Positions 24,065 through 32,000 of a DNA stretch of 32,000 nucleotides are shown piece by piece. The DNA is taken from assembly GCF_000219175.1 (NCBI RefSeq), contig NC_015735.1:90001-122000 (forward strand). Reading direction: 5' to 3'. Both the position numbers and the translations under genes were made by a program. Source of the stretch: Candidatus Moranella endobia PCIT. GTDB lineage: Bacteria; Pseudomonadota; Gammaproteobacteria; Enterobacterales; Enterobacteriaceae. A model generated the notes under the pieces. That model saw only the letters and a list, made by a program, of their open reading frames with translations, searched no databases and had not been told where the DNA came from. The stretch's first letter is position 1; the number at the start of each line of letters is the position of its first letter.

Positions 24065-24096
24065 AGCCAGCTGCCACTGGTTACTGGCAGCTGGCT
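24065..24096. repeat. Perfect inverted repeat between rnr and rlmB (12-bp arms, 8-nt loop)
   Basis: agccagctgcca-ctggttac-tggcagctggct. Confidence 0.92.
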
Positions 24097-24161
24097 ACCA
24101 AGCCAGCAGAAAACTGCTGTTCCGGCACCCACTTTTAGCACCACTCCAAAAAAAAAACATT

Positions 24162-24899
24162 ATGATCGAAATTATTTACGGTATTCATGCCATATTAACA
24201 CTGCTGGAACATAATCCTCAGCATTTACTGGATGTATATTTGTTAAAAGGAAAAAACAAAAACAGTTTACAGCCTATAATTCAGCAACTGGAGCAAGCCG
24301 GCATAATAATCCAAATAGCCAGTCGCAAGTGGTTTGATGAGAAAGCTGCAGGGGCCATACACCAAGGCATTATTGCCCGCGTACAAGCTAAGAAGCAACA
24401 ACAGTTGCAAGAGAATGATCTACCAGCACTGCTAGCACAGTTAGCCATGCCGCTACTACTAGTTTTGGATGGGGTCACCGATCCACATAACCTTGGTGCC
24501 TGTCTACGCTGTGCCGATGCTACTGGTGTACATGCGGTTATTGTTCCGCGTAATCGAGCAGCACCGTTAAACGCAACAGCTAAAAAAGTAGCTAGTGGCG
24601 CGGCGGAGACCGTGCCACTATTCCGTATTACCAATCTAACGCGCACGCTACGTATTCTGCAAGCGCATAATGTATGGATTGTGGGAACCGCAGGCGAGGC
24701 TACTCATACTCTCTATCAGAGTAAATTAACAGGGCCATTAGCTCTAGTAATGGGCGAGGAACACGTAGGTATGCGCCGTCTAACCCGTGAACACTGTGAT
24801 GAAATAATTAGCATTCCCATGGCTGGCGCCGTTTCGTCCCTTAATGTGTCGGTTGCAGCTGGGGTATGCCTATTTGAAGCGGTACGACAACGTCGTTAA
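24162..24899 (+). CDS. rlmB: 23S rRNA (guanosine-2'-O-)-methyltransferase RlmB (SpoU/TrmH family)
   Basis: 245 aa: [19 protein letters not shown]..., [56 protein letters not shown]. Confidence 0.95.
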   Translation: MIEIIYGIHAILTLLEHNPQHLLDVYLLKGKNKNSLQPIIQQLEQAGIIIQIASRKWFDEKAAGAIHQGIIARVQAKKQQQLQENDLPALLAQLAMPLLLVLDGVTDPHNLGACLRCADATGVHAVIVPRNRAAPLNATAKKVASGAAETVPLFRITNLTRTLRILQAHNVWIVGTAGEATHTLYQSKLTGPLALVMGEEHVGMRRLTREHCDEIISIPMAGAVSSLNVSVAAGVCLFEAVRQRR

Positions 24900-25223
24900 A
24901 CATACTATTGCTACCTGATTCACTACCGGATTCACATTCCATATGTTAGTTCTTCTAATGTTATTAGCATCATTGTGACCCACAATTAGGAATTACACTT
25001 GCGCAATTACACCGAAATAAGGCTAATTTTTTTACACTAGCTAGTTTATTGGTATTACTACGGTTGTTTAATGAAGCTGTAAACGTTTAGCGTGTATTAA
25101 AATTATATATTATTTATTTTACTCTGACTATCTTACCCATCGAGCTAGTGGTTGCACTATTAATATAGAAAGATTATTATAAATATAATTCGAATGATTA
25201 GTACGGTGAGGAATTACATAATG

Positions 25224-25937
25224 ATGGCTGTAACTAAGCTAGTTCTAATACGTCACGGTGAAAGCCAATGGAATCATGAAAACCGTTTTACCGGCTGGAC
25301 GGATGTTGAATTATCGGCAAAAGGTCGCACCGAATCAAAGATAGCTGGTAAAATATTGAAATCAGCAGGTTATAAATTTGATGTTGCCTACACCTCTGTA
25401 CTGAAACGAGCTATTAACACCCTATGGTATATACTAACCGAACTAGATCAGGTTTGGCTACCAGTGGAAAAATCCTGGCGTTTGAACGAGCGTCATTATG
25501 GTGCACTACAGGGACTCAACAAAGCTAAAACAGCAGCAAAATACGGTGATGAACTGGTTAAACAATGGCGGCGTAGTTTAGCGATTATTCCTCCTGCACT
25601 AACCATCGATGACCAGCGTTTCCCAGGCCACGATATACGCTATGCCAAATTAACCGCTAACGAATTACCAACCACAGAAAGCCTGGCGTTGACTATCGAT
25701 CGCGTTCTGCCTTACTGGAAAGAAAATATTTTACCTCGTATGAAGAACGGTGAAAGGGTGATCATCACAGCCCACGGTAACTCCATTCGAGCAATGGTAA
25801 AATTTCTGGATAATCTTAGCGAAGAAGTGATCACAGAACTAAATATTCCTACAGGTATACCATTAGTGTACGAATTTGACAAAAATATACAAGTTATTAA
25901 TCATTACTACCTTGGTAACGCTGATGAGATAGCATAA
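25224..25937 (+). CDS. gpmA: 2,3-bisphosphoglycerate-dependent phosphoglycerate mutase
   Basis: [25 protein letters not shown]..., [30 protein letters not shown]. The start is placed at 25224 rather than the ORF start at 25194. Confidence 0.97.
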   Translation: MAVTKLVLIRHGESQWNHENRFTGWTDVELSAKGRTESKIAGKILKSAGYKFDVAYTSVLKRAINTLWYILTELDQVWLPVEKSWRLNERHYGALQGLNKAKTAAKYGDELVKQWRRSLAIIPPALTIDDQRFPGHDIRYAKLTANELPTTESLALTIDRVLPYWKENILPRMKNGERVIITAHGNSIRAMVKFLDNLSEEVITELNIPTGIPLVYEFDKNIQVINHYYLGNADEIA

Positions 25938-25964
25938 AGCTGCCGCGGTCTCTGTAATCACGTC

Positions 25965-25992
25965 ATGCTAGCATCTAGTCTAGCGCTAGCAT
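25965..25992. repeat. Inverted repeat downstream of gpmA (8-bp arms, 12-nt loop)
   Basis: atgctagc-atctagtctagc-gctagcat. Confidence 0.75.
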
Positions 25993-26308
25993 TATTGCAC
26001 ATCACGAACATCCCCTATCACAGTCAGATCAAATGATTGTCTCGATTCCAACTTCGGTTGGATAAATTGACTATAATAAAAAAACTGCATTGCATTCTTA
26101 GCTACTGTTGTAGTAGCTATTAAGCGCTATATCATGCTTATTCCACCCTTACGTAGTAAGCTTTTAAATAGCTTATATACGTACACAGCGTGCTCGATAA
26201 CTGACTTGTCTAAATAAATGTGATTTCATCAACTATAGATATTCTTAGTTTTGTCACTGTACACTTTCAATAATATTGAATTTCATGAATTAACGTGAGG
26301 TTTTTGCT

Positions 26309-28198
26309 ATGTTTGATTTAGATCATTTCGATGTAATTATAATTGGTGGCGGTCATGCAGGCACGGAAGCTGGAATGGCTTCGGCACGGATGGGATGCAA
26401 AACTATGTTACTAACACAGAATATTGATACACTTGGACAAATGTCTTGTAACCCTGCAATTGGCGGTATCGGTAAAGGACATTTAGTAAAAGAAATTGAT
26501 GCTATGGGCGGCGTGATGGCACAGGCCATCGATCATGCTGGTATTCAATTTAGGAGGTTAAACTTCAGTAAGGGGCCAGCAGTTAGGGCGACCCGCGCCC
26601 AGGCTGATCGCTTGCTTTACCGTCAGGCGGTGCGCGCAGCGCTTGATAACCAGCCCAATTTACTAATTTTTCAACAGGAAGTAGAGGATCTAATCATAGA
26701 AGGTGATAGTGTCGTCGGCGCTGTTACTCAAATGGGACTTAAATTCCGCGCCCGTGCCGTGGTTCTTACCGTTGGGACCTTTCTCAATGGCAAAATACAT
26801 ATAGGAATGAATAACTACAGCGGCGGTAGGGCAGGTGATCCGTCATCAAGTGCACTATCGCGCCGTCTGCGTGAGCTGCCATTCCGGGTGCATCGCCTAA
26901 AAACTGGTACACCACCTCGCATTAATGTACGTAGTATAGATTTTACACATCTAGCAATGCAGCGAGGAGACAATCCACTACCGGTTTTCTCGTTCCTTGG
27001 ATCTGCGGATCAACACCCGCGCCAAATTCCATGTTATATTACCTATACCAATGATCATACTCATGAAATAATACGTCAAAATCTTGATCGTAGCCCAATT
27101 TATGCTGGCATTATTGCAGAAGTTGGGCCACGCTATTGTCCTTCAATAGAAGATAAGGTCATGCGCTTCGCTGATCGTAATGCCCATCAGATTTTCCTCG
27201 AGCCAGAAGGGCTAACCAGCAATGAAATTTATCCCAACGGCATATCAACCAGCTTACCGTTTGATGTACAGATGAAAATTATTAACTCCGTGCAAGGTCT
27301 AGAGAACGCACGCATAGTGCGTCCAGGCTACGCAATCGAGTACGATTTCTTTGATCCACGTGATCTAAAGCTAACTATGGAAAGTAAATTGATCAATGGA
27401 CTGTTCTTCGCCGGCCAAATCAACGGTACTACCGGATATGAAGAGGCAGCAGCCCAGGGTATGCTAGCTGGTTTGAACGCAGCAAGACTTGCGATCGGTA
27501 AAACTGGTTGGTCACCACGGCGTGATCAAGCCTATCTCGGCGTACTAGTAGATGATTTATGTACTCTTGGTACAAAAGAGCCTTACCGTATGTTTACCTC
27601 GCGTGCCGAATATAGACTGTTGTTACGGGAAGATAACGCAGATCTTCGGCTAACGGAAATTGGTAGAAAACTAGGAATGGTAGATGATATGCGCTGGGCA
27701 AGATTCTGTTCTAAGCAGGAACAGATAGAGCTCGAGCATCAGCGTCTGCGTAATATTTGGGTACATCCCCGCAGCGCCGGCATAAAAAAGCTTAATACGC
27801 TGCTTAAAACACCGCTGAAACAAGCAACTAACGGCGCCGAATTACTGTGCCGCCCAGAGATAAATTACGCACAGCTGACCAGTTTGAATGATTTTGGTCC
27901 AGCAATCACTGACGAGCAGGCAGCAGAACAGATCGAGATCATGATTAAATATCATGGTTATATTATTCGTCAACAGGAGGAAATTGAACGTCATATACGC
28001 CATGAAAATACACTGCTGCCAACTGATATTGATTTTAGCGTTGTATCTAGCCTATCCAACGAAGTTGTAGCTAAACTAAATGCTTACAAACCCCAATCTA
28101 TCAGCCAGGCTTCAAGAATTTCTGGAGTTACGCCAGCTGCCATTTCTGTTTTGCTGGTCTGGCTGAAAAAACAAGGATTGCTACGCAGTAGCGTCTGA
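26309..28198 (+). CDS. mnmG: tRNA uridine-5-carboxymethylaminomethyl modification enzyme MnmG (GidA)
   Basis: 629 aa: [75 protein letters not shown] region. Confidence 0.98.
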   Translation: MFDLDHFDVIIIGGGHAGTEAGMASARMGCKTMLLTQNIDTLGQMSCNPAIGGIGKGHLVKEIDAMGGVMAQAIDHAGIQFRRLNFSKGPAVRATRAQADRLLYRQAVRAALDNQPNLLIFQQEVEDLIIEGDSVVGAVTQMGLKFRARAVVLTVGTFLNGKIHIGMNNYSGGRAGDPSSSALSRRLRELPFRVHRLKTGTPPRINVRSIDFTHLAMQRGDNPLPVFSFLGSADQHPRQIPCYITYTNDHTHEIIRQNLDRSPIYAGIIAEVGPRYCPSIEDKVMRFADRNAHQIFLEPEGLTSNEIYPNGISTSLPFDVQMKIINSVQGLENARIVRPGYAIEYDFFDPRDLKLTMESKLINGLFFAGQINGTTGYEEAAAQGMLAGLNAARLAIGKTGWSPRRDQAYLGVLVDDLCTLGTKEPYRMFTSRAEYRLLLREDNADLRLTEIGRKLGMVDDMRWARFCSKQEQIELEHQRLRNIWVHPRSAGIKKLNTLLKTPLKQATNGAELLCRPEINYAQLTSLNDFGPAITDEQAAEQIEIMIKYHGYIIRQQEEIERHIRHENTLLPTDIDFSVVSSLSNEVVAKLNAYKPQSISQASRISGVTPAAISVLLVWLKKQGLLRSSV

Positions 28199-28234
28199 AA
28201 AAGACTGCATAACTCAATAATTAATATTAAACTA

Positions 28235-28273
28235 AACTACTAACTATGCGCCGATAGCATATAGTTAGTAGTT
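28235..28273. repeat. Inverted repeat 37 nt downstream of mnmG (13-bp arms, 13-nt loop)
   Basis: aactactaactat-gcgccgatagcat-atagttagtagtt. Confidence 0.85.
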
Positions 28274-28344
28274 ACCACGACGAAGGTAATAAAGTTAATA
28301 CTAGGTTACTAGTTATCTGCTTAACGTGATATGTGGAAACCTTG

Positions 28345-28397
28345 GCAGCACAGCACTAGTAAGTTCGTGGTGCTGCTATTATCGCAGCAATAATAGC
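28345..28397. repeat. Two adjacent hairpins downstream of mnmG
   Basis: gcagcac (28345-28351)/gtgctgc (28370-28376), then gctattat-cgcagca-ataatagc (28375-28397); the two share 2 nt. Confidence 0.8.
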
Positions 28398-29544
28398 TGT
28401 CAATAGTCATTTTTCCCTAACCAGTAACTAAACTAACTAGCGGGGAAACTAGATTTGTACAATAAGACTATGTTAATCCAATATCTCACGCCTGCTCTGT
28501 ATCTAAGATAAAAGCAGTGCTAACTAAGAAAGGCATTACTTATGCTAGCGCAAGTAATGTAATCCAGCGATGATGTAAATAATTTATATATAGTTAGTTA
28601 CAACAACAGCTAATAATACAGCTAAATTTAGGTATAAATTGGGACTGCCGCCAGTAATAGCTGTGATAGCAACAGTTTAAAGTGTCAAGTAATGCTAGCA
28701 GCCTAGCATATCAGATACGAGCAAAATGCCCCTGATCGCCCCAAAAAATATGCCAAGCATCCGGTTAGTACTCGATAAACCAGTTTTTTCCACAAGTACA
28801 AACCAGCGAAACAGACTAACCATAAAAATTAGGTATATGTTCCTGACATGTAATTGTTACAATATTTGCCATTTATGCCCGCGCAATGAACGATACCACT
28901 GGCAAGCAAGATTGTTTCTAGTAACCACAGAAGGTGGTACCTTTGCCGTTGGTACCACGACCTACAATGATCCAGGTAGCTGGAAAGATGTAGCTTGAGG
29001 AATAAGTATTTATATCTTTTTATTCATGAGTTTATATGTTAAATCTTCACTAGAAGATAGCCTAACAACTTTAAGCCATTGTTATTATGGCGACAATCGA
29101 TATCAGCATAGTGCTTTTTTTAACAACTCTGAAAATCTTAATATCAAATGCTGTAATAATATTACTAGATGAGATCTAAAAGTTATAGAACACTCATTTA
29201 GTTAAACTACACAGCTAATATAATAACTAATTAGCCTACCACGGCCTATCACTATAATTTTGCAAATGCATATTTGCTGTCCGGGAAGTAACTAATAGTG
29301 GAGTGGTAAGATAATACCGAAGCAATAATATAATAACGGCCACTATTAATTTTTATTTGATGTACGGCCACTATCGCAATCTCTTGATCTTGCTGTTGTG
29401 CAATAGTTGTATATACATGTTGTTTATATTCCAACTACTGATTGCCAAGTAGTAATACTAAAAATCAACATTATTTAGCAGCGAGTATTACTACTCATAT
29501 CATATGGACAGTTTATCTGTATCAACTCAAGCAACTAATATTTG

Positions 29545-30651
29545 TTAAAACATATATGTCAGGCCTAACGCAATGATATTTTTGGTTGATATTTGTGCGG
29601 CACTGATAAAATCATTATTGGAAAGCAAATTGATGCGATAATCAATGAAAGTAAGCATGTGTTTGCTGAAGTTATACCTAGCGCCAACATCAATATGTTT
29701 TTTAATATCTTGTCTTTTACTACTATAGTCACTGTCCACGCGCAACTGTAGATAACCAAGAGAAGGACGCAGGCCAAAATATAATTTATATTGTGCTATT
29801 AATGCAATATTGTGCGCATTTTTAGCAACACCATACTTTTCGCCAGTGAATTTACCGTAGGACGTCATGTTACGGGTTTTACCGTACAGAGCCGCCAGAT
29901 AAATTTTATCGGCATTATATTTCATGCCGAAAAAGCAAGCCTGAGCTTTTTTACCTGTATTACGCGTAATCTTCTGCAAGCGCTGATACATAGTGCGATT
30001 ACTGCTGGTAACTGCAGCACCGGCTGAAACTCCCTTACCAAAATCGTAAGTAACTGATATACCATAGCCTACGCCATTTTCTTTCTGGAGATCAAGATCT
30101 GTTTTATGCTCAACTTTGCTATCATTTTTTCCTTGATATTGCAGTGCAAAATTAAAGCCATCTAACCTGCCGAAGCAGTTGGTATTGCGATAGGTTAGCA
30201 AGCTATTGGCGCGGCCAGTAATAACATTATCAGTAACTGTGGTATCCCCGCTGAATACTAGCACAATATCTGTCCAGGCACCGACGTCATACAGTACTCC
30301 GTAGTTCCGTCCATAATCGATACTGCCCACGTTGGTGAACTTGATACCGGCAAAACCTAATCGGCTAAAGTGATTGTTTGCGACTATACTTTCGGTATGG
30401 CGCAACCCAACTTCCTGTTCCAAGGTACCGAAACTAATAATATTAGCGCTAAGCTTGGTTTCTGCCCGGAAGCCATAACGAACAAAAGAACGATCACCGT
30501 TTTTATTAGCATAAAATGACATATAACGTATACAGTTGAATTTACCGTACAAATCAAGTTTATTACCTTCTTTATTATAAACTTCGGTGGCTCTGGCACT
30601 ACTTACCATCGCTATTGCCGACATTAGTACAGAAAGATATTGTATTTTCAT
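29545..30651 (-). CDS. General porin of the OmpF/OmpC family
   Basis: 368 aa with a signal peptide (MKIQYLSVLMSAIAMVSSARA), EVYNKEGNKLDLYGK, GSIDYGRNYGVLYDV, TYRNTNCFG and a C-terminal Phe (GLTYMF). Confidence 0.92.
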   Translation of the reverse strand: MKIQYLSVLMSAIAMVSSARATEVYNKEGNKLDLYGKFNCIRYMSFYANKNGDRSFVRYGFRAETKLSANIISFGTLEQEVGLRHTESIVANNHFSRLGFAGIKFTNVGSIDYGRNYGVLYDVGAWTDIVLVFSGDTTVTDNVITGRANSLLTYRNTNCFGRLDGFNFALQYQGKNDSKVEHKTDLDLQKENGVGYGISVTYDFGKGVSAGAAVTSSNRTMYQRLQKITRNTGKKAQACFFGMKYNADKIYLAALYGKTRNMTSYGKFTGEKYGVAKNAHNIALIAQYKLYFGLRPSLGYLQLRVDSDYSSKRQDIKKHIDVGARYNFSKHMLTFIDYRINLLSNNDFISAAQISTKNIIALGLTYMF

Positions 30652-30814
30652 CTTGATACCCTCTATATATGTTATATTTTGCCACTAATAACTTAACAGC
30701 AGCAAAGGCTAAAATAACAACAAGAGTATGCAAAAAAATTGCAGCTCACTAATCAAGCTGATATTTCACTGAGCAAAAATTATGCTAAAACGCAAAAATA
30801 AGACGACGTTGTCC

Positions 30815-30843
30815 TTGTTTTTAGCCAACTAGCTCATTATAAT
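30815..30843 (+). promoter_or_regulatory. Predicted sigma70 promoter for the rpsF operon
   Basis: TTGTTT (30815-30820), 17-nt spacer, TATAAT (30838-30843), about 100 nt upstream of the rpsF ATG. Confidence 0.6.
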
Positions 30844-30942
30844 TGCGCGCCGTTTTTCGAATAAAAACTTATGTATAAGTTCCTTACTTCCATGGGATAA
30901 AGTTGACCATCGGAGGTTGAATAATCCGTAAGGAGCCATTCT

Positions 30943-31353
30943 ATGCGTCATTACGAAATAGTTTTTATGGTGCATCCTGACCAAAGCGAACAGGTTACTG
31001 GTATGATCGAACGCTATAGCAACCTGATTGCTATTGCTAAAGGCAAAATCCATCGTCTTGAAGACTGGGGACGTCGTCAGTTAGCGTACCCAATTAACAA
31101 ACTACATAAAGCGCACTACGTTCTGCTGAACGTAGAAGCACCACAGAAAGTAGTAGAAGAGCTAGAAATAGCTTTTCGCTTCAATGACGCCATTATCCGC
31201 AGCATAGTCATGCGTGTTAAGCACGCCGCAACTGAAGCATCTCCGATCGGAAAAGTAAAAGACGAACGCCGCAAGCGCCGTGAAAATTTTGTAATCGATA
31301 CTAACGAAGATTCTAATGCTGGTGATTCTGAAGAATACGATCATGTTAGATAG
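30943..31353 (+). CDS. rpsF: 30S ribosomal protein S6
   Basis: 136 aa: [25 protein letters not shown]...[32 protein letters not shown]. Confidence 0.98.
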   Translation: MRHYEIVFMVHPDQSEQVTGMIERYSNLIAIAKGKIHRLEDWGRRQLAYPINKLHKAHYVLLNVEAPQKVVEELEIAFRFNDAIIRSIVMRVKHAATEASPIGKVKDERRKRRENFVIDTNEDSNAGDSEEYDHVR

Positions 31354-31356
31354 ATC

Positions 31357-31683
31357 ATGTTAGCAAACCGCCTGATGCTGTCGGGCATAGTGTGTAAAAC
31401 ACCTATACGTAAGGTGAGTCCTTCCGGTATTTCACATTGCCAGTTTGTGCTTGAGCACCGTTCTGTGCAGCACGAGGCTGGTTTTTCACGCCAGGCATGG
31501 TGTAGATTGCCCGTTGTGTTTAGTGGGCAACAAACTATTAATATAAACAGTATTATATTAGGCACGCATATTGCAGTGCAGGGGTTCATTAGTTGCCATC
31601 AAGGACGCAATGGCTTAAGCAAAATAGTGTTACATGCTAAAGTGTTACATGCTGAGCCAATTGATTTGATATATGGAGACTAG
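31357..31683 (+). CDS. priB: Primosomal replication protein N
   Basis: 108 aa: [54 protein letters not shown]...[10 protein letters not shown], in the canonical rpsF-priB-rpsR-rplI context. Confidence 0.94.
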   Translation: MLANRLMLSGIVCKTPIRKVSPSGISHCQFVLEHRSVQHEAGFSRQAWCRLPVVFSGQQTININSIILGTHIAVQGFISCHQGRNGLSKIVLHAKVLHAEPIDLIYGD

Positions 31684-31687
31684 CCTT

Positions 31688-31915
31688 ATGGGAAGTTATT
31701 TCCGTCGTCGCAAATTCTGCCGTTTTACCGCGGATGGCGTTGTTGAGATTGATTACAAAGACATCGCTATGCTGAAAAACTATATCACTGAAAGTGGAAA
31801 AATTGTCCCGAGCCGGATTACCGGTACTCGTGCCAAATACCAACGGCAGCTAGCCAGCGCTATCAAGCGTGCGCGTTACCTTGCGCTATTGCCGTACACT
31901 GATCTGCATCATTAA
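31688..31915 (+). CDS. rpsR: 30S ribosomal protein S18
   Basis: [75 protein letters not shown]. Confidence 0.98.
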   Translation: MGSYFRRRKFCRFTADGVVEIDYKDIAMLKNYITESGKIVPSRITGTRAKYQRQLASAIKRARYLALLPYTDLHH

Positions 31916-31953
31916 TCAGTCTGGATCTACTAATTATTTGAGAGGAGAAAATG

Positions 31954-32000
31954 ATGCAAGTGATTCTGCTTGCTAAAGTAAGTAACCTGGGCGGTTTTAG
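31954..32000 (+). CDS. rplI: 50S ribosomal protein L9, N-terminal fragment (runs off the window edge)
   Basis: MQVILLAKVSNLGGF directly after rpsR, preceded by AGAGGAGA. Confidence 0.93.
   Translation, partial: MQVILLAKVSNLGGF

Noticed and set aside
23996-24214. 72-aa + strand ORF between rnr and rlmB
   Set aside because: It covers the inverted repeat and overlaps the real rlmB start in another frame, with no known similarity.
25180-25200. TTCGAAT-like sequence suggestive of a tRNA T-loop
   Set aside because: The flanking bases do not form a 5-bp T stem and there is no matching acceptor or anticodon arm. No tRNA gene was found in any gap by eye; tRNAscan-SE should confirm.
25938-26308. Possible oriC upstream of mnmG, by analogy with E. 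coli mioC-oriC-mnmG order
   Set aside because: No TTATCCACA-like DnaA box cluster or GATC-rich repeats seen in the 371-bp gap; nothing but the gene neighbour supports it. GC-skew over the whole chromosome would be needed.
28726-28998. 90-aa ORF in the mnmG-porin gap as a real novel gene
   Set aside because: Weak coding character, no recognised domain and no clear Shine-Dalgarno; mentioned only as part of the gap finding.

Overview
The window looks like backbone chromosome from a reduced-genome gammaproteobacterium close to Enterobacterales, most likely an insect endosymbiont. A Baumannia-like lineage is a guess from gene content and moderate AT richness, not something I could test. Gene order is (carB)-carA-dapB-lspA-ileS on -, rpsT on +, dnaJ-dnaK on -, then ybgI/nif3-like, sucC-sucD, tsaE, mutL-miaA-hfq-hflK-hflC, rnr-rlmB, gpmA, mnmG on +, an OmpF/OmpC-like porin on -, and rpsF-priB-rpsR-(rplI) on +. 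Three blocks keep the E. coli order but lack genes that E. coli has between them (ribF; fkpB/ispH/rihC; amiB; hflX; purA/nsrR), often with hundreds of bp of non-coding DNA left behind. I found no convincing new multi-gene system, CRISPR array, mobile element, rRNA or tRNA. Points worth a second look: a single in-frame TGA in an otherwise well-conserved ybgI; a near-canonical sigma32 promoter upstream of dnaK; many long perfect inverted repeats, including a 26-bp palindrome and a 21-bp-arm hairpin in the ileS/rpsT gap and a 16-bp-arm hairpin inside the rnr coding region; a porin with a changed constriction-loop motif and cysteines; an A9 tract in mutL; and a small tandem duplication at the rpsF/priB junction.
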